Below, piece after piece: positions 25,657-35,638 of a stretch of DNA of 64,000 bases (position 1 is its first letter; each line of letters opens with the position of its first letter). Position numbers and translations under genes: made by a program. The notes under the pieces are model-generated. The model was not told where the DNA came from. It saw nothing but the letters and a program-made list of their open reading frames with translations, and searched no databases. The stretch is from Planctomycetota bacterium (GTDB lineage Bacteria > Planctomycetota > PLA2 > JAEUHO01). The stretch covers positions 1-64,000 of the forward strand of contig JBFWRP010000023.1 of NCBI GenBank assembly GCA_050248855.1, in the 5' to 3' direction.

Positions 25657-27228
25657 CTACGCCGGGGCCCCCGGCTGTCCGTCACCGTCCCGTCTCCCCC
25701 CTCCCTCGGCCTGCGCAGGCGCCGGATCGCCCGCCCCGGACCCGGCCGACGGCAGGTAGATCGTGAACGTGGCGCCCTCCCCCGGTGGGCTGGAGAGGGT
25801 GATCGAGCCGCCGTGGTTGGTCACGATGGTGTGGGCCACGGCCAGGCCCATGCCGCTGCCTTCACCGACTTCCTTCGTCGTGAAGAACATGTCGAAGCAG
25901 CGGTCCTGGTCTTCGGGCGGGATGCCCGGGCCGTTGTCGCGGACGCGCACGACGACCTCGCCCTCGCCGCGCGCCACGAGGATCTCGACGCGCCGCTTGC
26001 CCTCCTGGCCGGCCAGGGCGTCGGCGGCGTTGAGCAGCAGGTTCAGCACGACCTGCTGCAGCTCCGTCGGGTCCCCGAAGACCACCGCCTGCCCGCGCTC
26101 GGGCAGCTGCGCGCGGACGACGACCCCTGCTTGGCGTAACCGATGCTCTGCCAGGGCCAGGCTCCGCTCGGCCACGTCCACCAGGTCGATCGACCGCGCC
26201 TTGGGGTCGCGTGGCGTGAAGGCGAGGAAGCGCTTCACGATCTGCTCGACGCGCTCGAGCCCCTCGTCGATCAGCTCGAGGTAGACGGCTTGGCGCTCCG
26301 GTGGCAGATCCCCGCGCGCCAAGGAGCGCACGGCGTTGCGCATGCCGCCCAGCGGGTTGTTGATCTCGTGGGCGAGGCCGGCGGCCAGCTTGCCCGTGGC
26401 GGCCAGACGCTGCGCGATCAGGAGGTGTTGCTCCGTGCGTTGGATGCGCTCGAGGCCCTGCGCGACACGCTCTTCGAGCTGGCCGTGGTACGCGAGGATC
26501 TCGCGGGCCATGCGGTTGAAGGCATCGAGCGTGCGCCCGATCTCGTCGCGGCGCCCGGGACGCACGCGTAGCGGCTCGGGCCGCGCACCGGCCGCCAGCG
26601 CGTCCGCGGCGCGCGCGAGGCGCTCCATGGGCCGGATCACGAGCTGGGAGACGGCGAGCCAGCCGATCACGCCCAGGAGCACGACGCCCGCCGCGAGGAT
26701 CACGTAGAGGTGCTTGACGAAGCCCGTGCGATCCCGCGTCTGGGCGACCACGGCGAAGCGTCGACCGCGCGTCTCGTCGGCAGCGATGATCGTGAGGCGC
26801 CGGTCCCGGATGACGTAGGTGCGTTCCCCGCTGCCGCGCAACGACGCGGCTACCGAGTTGGCCTCGGCCTGGATGCGCACGAACAGGTTGCGGTCCTCCT
26901 CCTCATCCACGTCGGGCTCGGTGAGCCGCCCGGTGTCCTCGGAGAAGTACGCTTCGGCGGTCCAGACGTCGTCCTGCGACTCGACCGTGTCTTCGCGCGC
27001 CCAGCGGAAGACCCAGGCCTCCTCGAGCAGCCCGTCGTCGAGTGCCTTCAGCACCGCCCGACCGAACTCGCGCCACGTGCTGCGCTGGCCGCGCTCGAAG
27101 AGCTCCAGCATGGCTTCGGCAGTGGTGTACTCCCTCTGGTCGGCCTGCCGGACCAACCCAAGCGAGGCGAGCAGCACCGCCAGGGGCAGGCCGATCGCCG
27201 TGGCCAGCAGCTTGGTGCGCAGGGACAT
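25657..27228 (-). CDS. HAMP-domain sensor histidine kinase (NtrB-like)
   Basis: Two TMs, HAMP, LAAGLAHEINNPL, LQQVVLNLLLNA, DNGPGI, FFTTKEVGEGSGMGL. Confidence 0.93.
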   Translation of the reverse strand: MSLRTKLLATAIGLPLAVLLASLGLVRQADQREYTTAEAMLELFERGQRSTWREFGRAVLKALDDGLLEEAWVFRWAREDTVESQDDVWTAEAYFSEDTGRLTEPDVDEEEDRNLFVRIQAEANSVAASLRGSGERTYVIRDRRLTIIAADETRGRRFAVVAQTRDRTGFVKHLYVILAAGVVLLGVIGWLAVSQLVIRPMERLARAADALAAGARPEPLRVRPGRRDEIGRTLDAFNRMAREILAYHGQLEERVAQGLERIQRTEQHLLIAQRLAATGKLAAGLAHEINNPLGGMRNAVRSLARGDLPPERQAVYLELIDEGLERVEQIVKRFLAFTPRDPKARSIDLVDVAERSLALAEHRLRQAGVVVRAQLPERGQAVVFGDPTELQQVVLNLLLNAADALAGQEGKRRVEILVARGEGEVVVRVRDNGPGIPPEDQDRCFDMFFTTKEVGEGSGMGLAVAHTIVTNHGGSITLSSPPGEGATFTIYLPSAGSGAGDPAPAQAEGGGRRDGDGQPGAPA

Positions 27229-27334
27229 CCTGGAGGGCCGCTCCTCTGCCGTCCGAGCCGCCCCGACGGCGACCCGCACGCGGGTCCCGCCAACGGTACC
27301 GGGCGCGCGGCGCGGCCGTATCGTCCGGGTGCCG

Positions 27335-29185
27335 ATGGCGTCCACCAGCACTCCCACCGCGGCCCGCGAAGAGGCCCTCCACGTCGCCGAAAGCGCCCGG
27401 GAGGCCACGCGCACGCAGCCGTCGTTCGCCGCCGAGCTGTTCCTGGGACACCTCGACCGGGATCGCGTCGTGCCGTGGCCCGAGCCCGATGCGAAGGCGC
27501 TGGCCGAGGCGGCGCCCGTCATCGAGCGCATCGAGGCCGCGCTCCGCGCCCACTTGGACCCCGAGCAGGTCGCCCGCGAGGGCGTGATTCCCGATGCCGC
27601 CATGGCGGCGCTGCACGAGGCGGGAGCCTTCCGGCTCAAGGTGCCCAAGGTCCATGGAGGCCTCGGCTTCAGCCAGAGTGCCTACAACCAGGCCGTGGCG
27701 CGCGTCGCCACGTGGTGCTCCAGCACGGCCATCCTGCTGAGCGGCCACCAGAGCATCGGCGTTCCCACGCCGCTCAAGCTGTTCGGCACCGAGGAGCAGA
27801 AGAAGCGTTGGCTGCCGCGCATGGCGAGCGGCGCCGTCAGCGCCTTCGCGTTGACCGAACCGGAAGCAGGCAGCGACCCGGCGCGGCTCAAGACCACCGC
27901 CGTGCCGACGGACGACGGCGCGGGCTGGATCCTGGACGGCGAGAAGCTCTGGTGCACCAACGGCCCCATCGCCGACACGATCGTCGTGATGGCGCGCACG
28001 CCCGACAAGCTCGTCGGCGGCAAGCCGCGCACGCAGATCTCCGCCTTCATCGTGGAGATGGACCAGCCGGGCTGCGAGGTCGTGCATCGCTGCGAGTTCA
28101 TGGGCTACGCCGGCATCCAGAGCGGCCTCTTGCGTTTCCGCGGCGTGCGCGTGCCCAAGGAGAACCTGCTCGGCCCCGAGGGACAGGGCTTGAAGCTGGC
28201 CCTGATCACGCTCAACACGGGTCGCCTCACGTTGCCGGCCACCAACGCGGCCGTGGCGTGGCAGTGCGTGGGCGCCGCGCGCCGCTGGGCGGCGCGTCGC
28301 GAACAGTGGGGCTCCCCCATCGGCAAGCACGAGGCCGTGGCCGCGCACTTGGCGTGGATGGCCTGCCACGCCTACGCCATGCAGAGCCTCTCGGACTACG
28401 CGGCGGCGCTCGCCGATCGCGGCGACTCCGACATCCGCATCGAGGCCGCCATGGCCAAGCTGTTCGGCTCGGAGATGGTCTTCCAGATCGCCGACCGCAC
28501 CGTGCAGGTGTTCGGCGGCCGTGGCTACGAGACGAAGGCCTCGCTCGAGGCGCGTGGCGAGTGGGGCGAGCCGATCGAGCGCTGGTTCCGCGAGTCGCGT
28601 CTGAACCGGATCGTGGAGGGCACGAGCGAGATCCTGCGCCTCTTCCTCGCCCGCGAGGCCCTCGACCCGCACCTCAGGCGCGCCGGCGCGCTGGCCCGGC
28701 CCGGCGCGGGCACCGGGGCCAAGATCGGCTCGTTCCTCAAGGCCGCCGCGTACTACCCGTTCTGGTTCGCGGCGCGGCTGCTGCCGCGGTCGCTCCCGCC
28801 GTCGGCCCTGCCCGCGCCGCTCAAGCAGCCCTGGCGCCGGCTGGAGCGCGAGAGCCGTCGCCTGGCCCGCCGCATCTTCTACGCCATGGTCCGCTTCGGC
28901 CCGTCGCTGGAGCATCGCCAGGCGCTGCTCGGCCGCCTCGTGGACGACGGCACCGACCTCGTTGCCGTCGGCGTCACGCTGGGCCACGCCGCGCGCCAGG
29001 GCGCCGCGGCCGACGTCGAGCTCGCCGCCTTGTTCGCGCGCCATGCGTTCCAGCGCCTGAAGCAGCGTCGCTCGGTGCCCGTGCGCCTGGATGCCGAGGA
29101 CCGCGCGGTGGCCGCGCGCCTGCTCGAGGGCCGCTACGCCGTGTTCGAGCGCGACGTGATGGAGCCCGCCGGCGGCGATGTCTGA
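27335..29185 (+). CDS. Acyl-CoA dehydrogenase (VLCAD/ACAD9-like)
   Basis: GHQSIGV, SAFALTEPEAGSD, GEKLWCTNG, LNTGRL, REQWGSPIG, GGRGYE, RIVEGTSEILR. Confidence 0.93.
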   Translation: MASTSTPTAAREEALHVAESAREATRTQPSFAAELFLGHLDRDRVVPWPEPDAKALAEAAPVIERIEAALRAHLDPEQVAREGVIPDAAMAALHEAGAFRLKVPKVHGGLGFSQSAYNQAVARVATWCSSTAILLSGHQSIGVPTPLKLFGTEEQKKRWLPRMASGAVSAFALTEPEAGSDPARLKTTAVPTDDGAGWILDGEKLWCTNGPIADTIVVMARTPDKLVGGKPRTQISAFIVEMDQPGCEVVHRCEFMGYAGIQSGLLRFRGVRVPKENLLGPEGQGLKLALITLNTGRLTLPATNAAVAWQCVGAARRWAARREQWGSPIGKHEAVAAHLAWMACHAYAMQSLSDYAAALADRGDSDIRIEAAMAKLFGSEMVFQIADRTVQVFGGRGYETKASLEARGEWGEPIERWFRESRLNRIVEGTSEILRLFLAREALDPHLRRAGALARPGAGTGAKIGSFLKAAAYYPFWFAARLLPRSLPPSALPAPLKQPWRRLERESRRLARRIFYAMVRFGPSLEHRQALLGRLVDDGTDLVAVGVTLGHAARQGAAADVELAALFARHAFQRLKQRRSVPVRLDAEDRAVAARLLEGRYAVFERDVMEPAGGDV

Positions 29186-29723
29186 CGACGAAGAGGTCGC
29201 CAAGGTCAAGCGCTCGAACGATCGCTGGATCGTGCTGGCGCTGACGATCTCGGCGTTCCTCCTCGCGTGGCTGCTCAGGAACCACTTGGACTCCATCCAC
29301 GAGATCAGGGAGCGCCACCGCCACATCGATCGCGAGATCGACGGCAACCTGCCGAAGGACACCGGTCGATCGGCCACGCCGGCCAACGTGGGTCCCCCAC
29401 GCGTAGAGGTTCGCGTGGAGGCATTCCCGGATGGCCGGACGCGCATCTCGGTCCTCGGCGACCAAGCGCGTTGGTGGCTTCTGCCGCGCGACGGCGAGGC
29501 GAACGAGCGTGCCCGTGAAGAGATCCTCGGCCAGCTGACGGCGAAGCTCGCCGAGGCGGGCGCCCAGCTGGACATCCCGCGCGCCACGATCCACACGCAG
29601 CCCAAGCCTTCCAGCGCAGAAGCGTCGTCGGCGGTGATGTTCGTCCTGGACGCCCTGCTCGCTGCCGACATCCGGGACGTGGCTCTCGACGAAGGCGACA
29701 CGGCCGGGGCCCCGCTCCGATGA
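29178..29723 (+). CDS. Hypothetical single-TM protein, weakly ExbD-like C-terminus
   Basis: Overlaps both neighbours; N-terminal TM; ATIH...AVMFVLDALLAADIRDVAL ending. Confidence 0.65.
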   Translation: MSDDEEVAKVKRSNDRWIVLALTISAFLLAWLLRNHLDSIHEIRERHRHIDREIDGNLPKDTGRSATPANVGPPRVEVRVEAFPDGRTRISVLGDQARWWLLPRDGEANERAREEILGQLTAKLAEAGAQLDIPRATIHTQPKPSSAEASSAVMFVLDALLAADIRDVALDEGDTAGAPLR

Positions 29724-32398
29724 GTACCGCCGTCGACGTCCGCCTGTTCAACGGCCAACGCGTGACCTTGCGCCAGGCCGTGCCGGACGACGAGCCCGCG
29801 CTGGAGGCGCTGCTGGCGCGCTTGGCCCGCGGCCCCGAGCCGCGGCTGTTGTTTCCTGCCTGTGCCGCGGGCGAGGCGTTCGCCGAGACGCTCTGCCGCC
29901 GGGGCGAGGCGCGGGACGCCTTCACGCTCCTCGCGCTGGACGACGACGAGCACGTCGTGGCCGCGGGTAGCTGGGTGCGCACCGCGGACGACGCGGCCGA
30001 CCTCGCCCTGGCGGTGGATCCGGAGCTTCGCGGCGTGGGCCTGGGAGGCTTCCTGCTGGCGCACCTGGCGACGCGTGCCGCCTGGGAGGGCTTGGCGCGC
30101 CTGACCGCGGCGACGCATCCGGAGAACGTCGGCATGCTGCGCGCGCTCGAGGCCACGGGCCTCTCGGCGCCGGCGCGACGCGACGAGGACGTCGTGCGCA
30201 TCGACCTGGGGCTCGTGCCCGAGCGGGGCGAGACGCCCCTGGCGGGTCTCGCCGGCCGGATCGCGACGATCGCATCCATGCGCCCGCTCTTGAAGCCCGC
30301 CAGCATCGCCGTGGTCGGCGCGTCGTCGGACGCGCAGAGCCTCGGCTACCGCGTGCTCGACGAGCTGGTCCGACGCCGCTTTGCCGGCCCGGTGTACGCC
30401 GTCAACCCCAAGCGCCGCAACGTCGGTCCGCTTCCGGCTTCCCCCTCGCTTCGCGAGCTTCCCGAAGCGGTCGACCTGGCCGTGATCCTGGTGCCGGCCG
30501 AGCACGTCGAGGGGGTGGTGGACGACGCCGTGGCCCGCGGCGTGCGCTCGCTCGTGGTCATTTCCGCGGGCTTCGCGGAGACGGGCCCGGAGGGCCGCGC
30601 ACGCCAGGAGCGCATCCTGGCCAAGGTGCGCGAGCACGGCTTGCGCATGGTCGGGCCCAACTGCATGGGCATCGTGAACGCCGCGGACGACGTGCGCATG
30701 AACGCCACGTTCTCGTCGTGGTTCCCCGAGGCCGGCAGCGTCGGCATGCTCTCGCAGAGCGGCGCGCTCGGCGTGGCGATCTTGGCCTTCGCCAGCTCCC
30801 TGGGATTGGGGCTGTCCACCTTCGTGAGCGTGGGCAACAAGGCCGACGTGTCGGGCAACGACCTGCTCGAATGGTGGGAAGCGGACCCGGCCACCCAGGT
30901 CGTGCTGCTGTACCTGGAGTCCTTCGGCAACCCGCGTCGCTTCGCGCGGATCGCTCGGCGCGTGAGCCGCACGAAGCCCGTGATCGTGGTCAAGAGCGGT
31001 CGCTCGGACGCCGGGCGGCGGGCCGCCGGTTCGCATACGGCGGCGCTGGCGGAAGCCGACGTCGCGGCCGACGCCCTGTTCGCCCAGACGGGCGTGCTCC
31101 GCGCCGACACGCTCGAGGAGATGTTCGACCTCGCCCTCGTGCTGGCCAGCCAGCCGCTGCCCGTCGGCCGGCGCGTGGCCGTGCTCACCAACGCAGGGGG
31201 GCCCGGCATCCTGGCGGCCGACGCGCTGGCCGCTCACGGGTTGGACGTGCCCGAGCTGTCCCCGGCCACGCGCGACGCGCTGGCCGCGTTCCTGCCGCCG
31301 GCCGCCAGCACGCGCAACCCCGTCGACATGATCGCGTCGGCGAGCCCGGAGCAGTTCGAGCGCGCATCCGCGATCCTGCTGGCCGACCCGGAGGTGGACG
31401 CGCTCCTCGTGATCGACGTGCCCATCGACCGGCGCGGCTGGGACCTGGTCGAGCCCCGTCTGCTGGCCGGCGTGGACGCGGGGCTGTCGCGAGGGGGCCA
31501 CGCCAAGCCCGTCGTGGCCTGCGTGATGGGCACGGGCCACGAGGGGCGGGCCCACCTCTTGGCCGATCGTCTGCCCGCGTTCACCTTCCCGGAAGCGGCG
31601 GCGCGCGCGCTCGCCGGTGCGTCGCGCTACGCGACGTGGCGCGCCATGCCCCCGAGCCCGCCGGCCGTGCTGCGCGGCCTCGACCTCGATGCCGCGGTGG
31701 CTCGTGCACGCGCGGCGCGTGCGCGCGAGGTCGGCGGTTGGCTGCGGCCCGACGACGCGTTCGCCGTGCTCGCCGACCTGGGCCTCTCCGTGCTCCCCCA
31801 CCGCCTGGTGACCACCGCCGAGGAGGCCGTCGCCGCGGCCCGGGCCATCGGCGGTGCGATCGCGCTCAAGATCGTCAGCGCCGACGTGCTGCACAAGAGC
31901 GATCGTGGCGGCGTGGTGCTCGGCCTCGAGGGCGACACCGCGGTCCGTCGGGCCTTCGAGGCCATGGCCTCCTCGTTTCCCCGGCGTGAGGGCGTGTTCG
32001 TGCAGGCCATGGCGCCCCCGGACGGCACGGAAGTCCTGTTGGGCGTCGCGCTGGATCCCTCGTTCGGACCGCTGGTGGCCTTTGGCCTCGGCGGCGTCCA
32101 CGTGGAGGTCCTGCGCGACGTCGTGTTCCGCATCGCGCCGCTGGAGGCGGCGGACGCGGCGGCCATGGTGGCCGGGCTGCGCGGCCACGCCCTGCTGGAG
32201 GGACATCGGGGCACCGCGCCGCGCGACCGCGACGCGATCGAGGACGCGCTGCTGCGAATCTCGCGGCTGGCCGAGGCCCTGCCCGAGCTCGCCGAGCTCG
32301 ACATCAACCCGGCCTTCACCCTCCCCGTCGGCCACGGGCTGGCCCTGGCCGACGTCCGCATGCGCTTGGCGACGCCCGCCGCCCCTCCGACCCCCTGA
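29720..32398 (+). CDS. GNAT / NDP-forming acyl-CoA synthetase fusion (Pat-like lysine acetyltransferase)
   Basis: N-terminal GNAT (VDPELRGVGLG, ENVGML), PASIAVVGAS, MVGPNCMG, SQSGALG, GSHTAAL, TNAGGPG, HKSDRGGV, ELDINP. Confidence 0.92.
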   Translation: MSTAVDVRLFNGQRVTLRQAVPDDEPALEALLARLARGPEPRLLFPACAAGEAFAETLCRRGEARDAFTLLALDDDEHVVAAGSWVRTADDAADLALAVDPELRGVGLGGFLLAHLATRAAWEGLARLTAATHPENVGMLRALEATGLSAPARRDEDVVRIDLGLVPERGETPLAGLAGRIATIASMRPLLKPASIAVVGASSDAQSLGYRVLDELVRRRFAGPVYAVNPKRRNVGPLPASPSLRELPEAVDLAVILVPAEHVEGVVDDAVARGVRSLVVISAGFAETGPEGRARQERILAKVREHGLRMVGPNCMGIVNAADDVRMNATFSSWFPEAGSVGMLSQSGALGVAILAFASSLGLGLSTFVSVGNKADVSGNDLLEWWEADPATQVVLLYLESFGNPRRFARIARRVSRTKPVIVVKSGRSDAGRRAAGSHTAALAEADVAADALFAQTGVLRADTLEEMFDLALVLASQPLPVGRRVAVLTNAGGPGILAADALAAHGLDVPELSPATRDALAAFLPPAASTRNPVDMIASASPEQFERASAILLADPEVDALLVIDVPIDRRGWDLVEPRLLAGVDAGLSRGGHAKPVVACVMGTGHEGRAHLLADRLPAFTFPEAAARALAGASRYATWRAMPPSPPAVLRGLDLDAAVARARAARAREVGGWLRPDDAFAVLADLGLSVLPHRLVTTAEEAVAAARAIGGAIALKIVSADVLHKSDRGGVVLGLEGDTAVRRAFEAMASSFPRREGVFVQAMAPPDGTEVLLGVALDPSFGPLVAFGLGGVHVEVLRDVVFRIAPLEAADAAAMVAGLRGHALLEGHRGTAPRDRDAIEDALLRISRLAEALPELAELDINPAFTLPVGHGLALADVRMRLATPAAPPTP

Positions 32399-32489
32399 TC
32401 CGGTTGCCCTCGGTAGGCACCCGGGGGCAAACGGGTCCAGCGGCGCAGCCTTCGGTAGTTTCCGCCCTGGCCCGGACCCGGAGGCTTCC

Positions 32490-32918
32490 ATGATGCTTGC
32501 CCGCCGCCCGCTCCTGCTCGTCCTCGTGGGTGTGCTCGCGCTCGGCGGCCTCGTGGCGTGCGGCGGCGGCCCGCTGGACCTGGACGCGGCGGCCGACCTC
32601 CTGCCCAAGGCGCTCGAGAAGGGCAAGGCGCTCGAGGCGAAGCTCCTCGCCATCGACAGCCCCGAGGCCGCCACGGCGGCCAAGCCCGCGGTGGAGCCCC
32701 TCGTGGCGACCTTCGCCGAGATGTTGGCCAAGCTGGTGCCGGTGAAGTCCCTGCTCAAGGGCGGCTTGGCGACGACGTGGTCCGAGGTGGACGCGATCGC
32801 CGGCAGGGTCCGCGCGAAGGCCGCCGCCTGGGCTGCCGACGCCGACGGTCCCGGCGGTCAGATCGTCGAGGCCCTCGGCGGCAGTCTCATCGACCGCATC
32901 ATGGACATGCCGAGATAG
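32490..32918 (+). CDS. Hypothetical lipoprotein
   Basis: GGAGG RBS; signal peptide with lipobox LVAC. Confidence 0.75.
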   Translation: MMLARRPLLLVLVGVLALGGLVACGGGPLDLDAAADLLPKALEKGKALEAKLLAIDSPEAATAAKPAVEPLVATFAEMLAKLVPVKSLLKGGLATTWSEVDAIAGRVRAKAAAWAADADGPGGQIVEALGGSLIDRIMDMPR

Positions 32919-32926
32919 CCGAGCCG

Positions 32927-33101
32927 AGGGTCTGTCCAAGAGCACTCCGTCGCGAGGGCGCCGGGGCCGAAGCGAGCCACAGGCACGACGAGAATCCGGG
33001 CCGGAGGCGGTCTCCTGACCGTAGAGGACCCGGATTCGAGCTGGGCCGTGGCGCAGCAAGTGACCCGGTGGCGCAGCAGAGGGCGCTTTCGGACAGAGCC
33101 T
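32927..33101. mobile_element. Possible MITE-like remnant between convergent genes
   Basis: Imperfect terminal inverted repeats agggtctgtccaagagcactc / gagggcgctttcggacagagcct; internal stem gaatccggg/cccggattc. Single copy in the window. Confidence 0.4.
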
Positions 33102-33579
33102 AGCGCTGCGCCACCACCAGCTGGGCCACGGCCTCCAGGGCCTCGTCGCCGCGGTCGTTGGTCCCGCAGAAGCGGGCGACGAGGTCGAGATCGCGGTCGG
33201 TCGGGAAGTCGAGCAGCCACGTCGCCTCGCCCGCGATCGCGTCGTCGGCGATGTCCACATGGGCCTGGCCTTCCAGGAGCGTTGCCCCTCCCGGCAAGAT
33301 CAGGTCGAGGCTGCAGCCGCGTGCGCCTTCGGCACGAGCCCATCGCCCGCGCACCACGGCCCGATCCGGGCTCGGCCGCTCGATGACCTCGAGGACGAGC
33401 GCGCCGAGCGCGGGATTGGGCTTGCCGGTGAAGGGGGGCGCCGGCCGGTCCAGGTCGTGACCGCCCCGTAGCCGCTGCACGTTGGGTGGTGCGGGGTGGC
33501 GCTCTCCGCGCAGGCCCGGAAGCAGGGCGCCGATGAAGAACGCGCCAGCCGCCAGCAGGATCCAAAGGGTGCGTCGCAT
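33100..33579 (-). CDS. Secreted or membrane-anchored hypothetical protein (159 aa)
   Basis: GGAGG RBS; MRRTLWILLAAGAFFIGALL; beta-rich domain with two Cys. Confidence 0.7.
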   Translation of the reverse strand: MRRTLWILLAAGAFFIGALLPGLRGERHPAPPNVQRLRGGHDLDRPAPPFTGKPNPALGALVLEVIERPSPDRAVVRGRWARAEGARGCSLDLILPGGATLLEGQAHVDIADDAIAGEATWLLDFPTDRDLDLVARFCGTNDRGDEALEAVAQLVVAQR

Positions 33580-33605
33580 GGGCGGGTCCTCCGTGGCTCG
33601 GCGCG

Positions 33606-35279
33606 TCACGGGCTGACGGACAGCGTGTAGTCGGCCCGGTTGCCCGTGCCGCTCGCGTCCATCGGGTCGCACGAGCCCGTGAACCGGGCCTCGACGCGGA
33701 TCAGGTAGCGGCCCGGGGAGAGCGTGCGGATGATCTGCTCGGAGGCCGAGCCGCTGTTGGTGGACTGGGCAAGGCTGCCGTTCACGTTGGTGTTGGACGT
33801 CAGATACAGGTCGAGGTTGTTGCCGCTTCCTGCGATCGGAGTGATCGCCAGGTCGATGGTGACCGTGGTCGACGACGCGATGTCCAAGCGGTACCAGGCC
33901 GACGACGTGATGCCGCGGCACTGGTTCTTGAAGCCCGTTCCCGTGGCGAGGCTGTCCAGCGTGCCCGAGTGGTTGCCTCCGATGGCGATCGGGATGGGCC
34001 AGACGTCGTCGCCCGCCAGCGGATAGCCGATCCCCTGGTCTTCGGGGGCCAACAGGAGCGCCGTGACCTGGGGCTGGCTGACGCTTGCACTCCCGGCCAC
34101 CACGCGGTCCAGGAACAGCCCGATGTAGGGAGCATCCTGCGTCGGCTCGAGGGTGAACATGGCGTCCAGGATGTCGCCCAGCGGCGCCGCGACCGCGTCG
34201 CCGTCCGTGTCGGTGGGGCCGAGCCCTCCGTCGCCCAAGTCCCAGATGATCTCGGCCACCGTGAACTCGCCGCCGATACCGTCCGGGTCGCTCGCTCCCG
34301 TGACGTTCTCGGCGCTGATCGTGAAGAAGACGCCGCCGTCGGTGCTCGTGGAGTCCGTGTAGACCGGATGGCCGAGCATGAGGTTGCCCAAGCCCGTGGC
34401 CTGACCCTCACTGAAGGCGAACGCCGGCTCGAGCGGCTGGCTGCCGTGCGGGCCGCCGCGGCTCATGGTGTGGCTGAAGGCGTTCTCCACGTAGTGGCAG
34501 GTCTCGTGGGCCACGACGGCGTCGTCGAAGTAGTCCGTGTCGCTGTTGTCGAGGTTGCCCGCCGCGCCGCCCAGGATGGCCAGCGCGTTGGCTCCCGGGC
34601 GGTAGAAGCTGACGCCGCCCAGCGCGCCGTTGTTGCCGACGCGGGTGTAGGCGTGCGCGTCGCCCGCGTCGGAACCGAGCGCTGCCGCAACCTGGTCCAG
34701 CACGGTGACCATGGTGTCCAACACGGCAAAGCCGATCGACGGACGGTTGCCCAGGTTGTAGGGCACGAGCACATCCACGACGGGGCTGCCCATGGCCGTG
34801 ATGCCGCCGATGGACCACGAGAACGCGTTGTTGGGGTCGTGCGAGTCGGAGAACGGGGGATCCGCCTCGTGCACCGTGTAGTCGCGCGTCGGATCCTCGG
34901 ACGTGCGGCTGTACGCACGGACCTGGATGGTGCTGCCGTCCGGCGGAGCGACCACCAGCGCGTAGCTCCCGGCGGCATCGCTGCTCGTCCGGCCGTAGCA
35001 GACCGTGCCGTCGGCGCTCAGGACCTCGACATCGACGAACCGGGCGGGACGCAGCTGCGTCGCCGGCCCGACGCCACCCGAGCTCAAGACGAGACGCTGG
35101 TAGCGCACGTCGCCAGACACGGTGATGGGCGTGCCGGTGCCGTTGGCGCAGCCAGGGAGCGGCGGGGGCGGGGCCGACCCACCCCCCCCACCACCTCCCC
35201 CGCAGCCGGCCAGGAGGAGCGACAGGCCCAGGACGCCGCCGCGAAGGCGGGCCAGCGGTCGGGACGGGAAACGGCGCAT
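33606..35279 (-). CDS. Lipoprotein zinc metalloprotease-like protein with C-terminal PPC-like domain
   Basis: Lipobox LAGC; DDAVVAHETCHY (HExxH) with downstream AFSEG; NLDLYL...SEQI...PGRYLIRV. Confidence 0.8.
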   Translation of the reverse strand: MRRFPSRPLARLRGGVLGLSLLLAGCGGGGGGGGSAPPPPLPGCANGTGTPITVSGDVRYQRLVLSSGGVGPATQLRPARFVDVEVLSADGTVCYGRTSSDAAGSYALVVAPPDGSTIQVRAYSRTSEDPTRDYTVHEADPPFSDSHDPNNAFSWSIGGITAMGSPVVDVLVPYNLGNRPSIGFAVLDTMVTVLDQVAAALGSDAGDAHAYTRVGNNGALGGVSFYRPGANALAILGGAAGNLDNSDTDYFDDAVVAHETCHYVENAFSHTMSRGGPHGSQPLEPAFAFSEGQATGLGNLMLGHPVYTDSTSTDGGVFFTISAENVTGASDPDGIGGEFTVAEIIWDLGDGGLGPTDTDGDAVAAPLGDILDAMFTLEPTQDAPYIGLFLDRVVAGSASVSQPQVTALLLAPEDQGIGYPLAGDDVWPIPIAIGGNHSGTLDSLATGTGFKNQCRGITSSAWYRLDIASSTTVTIDLAITPIAGSGNNLDLYLTSNTNVNGSLAQSTNSGSASEQIIRTLSPGRYLIRVEARFTGSCDPMDASGTGNRADYTLSVSP

Positions 35280-35638
35280 GGCCTCCTCATCGGCCCCGTA
35301 AGGAGCGGTCCGTAGGCGCGCCGGAGCGCCCGACGTCTTCCTTGTACCTCCGCCCGCGCCCGCCGGGACGCGCGCCGCCCCCCCGGGGCCGCTGCGACCG
35401 GCTTCTCCAGGCGCGCTTCAGGTTGGGGGGAGCGCGGGGGTGCCGGACGTGCGGCTACGCCGCCTCGGGCGCGAGGGTGCCCGGGGCCCGCGGCGGCGCC
35501 GGTTGCGGCGGGGAGGCGTCTCCCCCGGCGCGAACACGGGGGGCCGTCCGGACGGCGGCGTCCTACCGGCGGAGCCTGGCACCTTGCGCACGCTGCGGCC
35601 TTGCCGCACCGCAGCGAGGAGAGCCGGGCGCCCGCCGC

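Noticed and set aside
32400..32489. c-di-GMP-I riboswitch suggested by GGGCAAAC
   Set aside because: The downstream GNRA stem and GCAAAG elements are not present.
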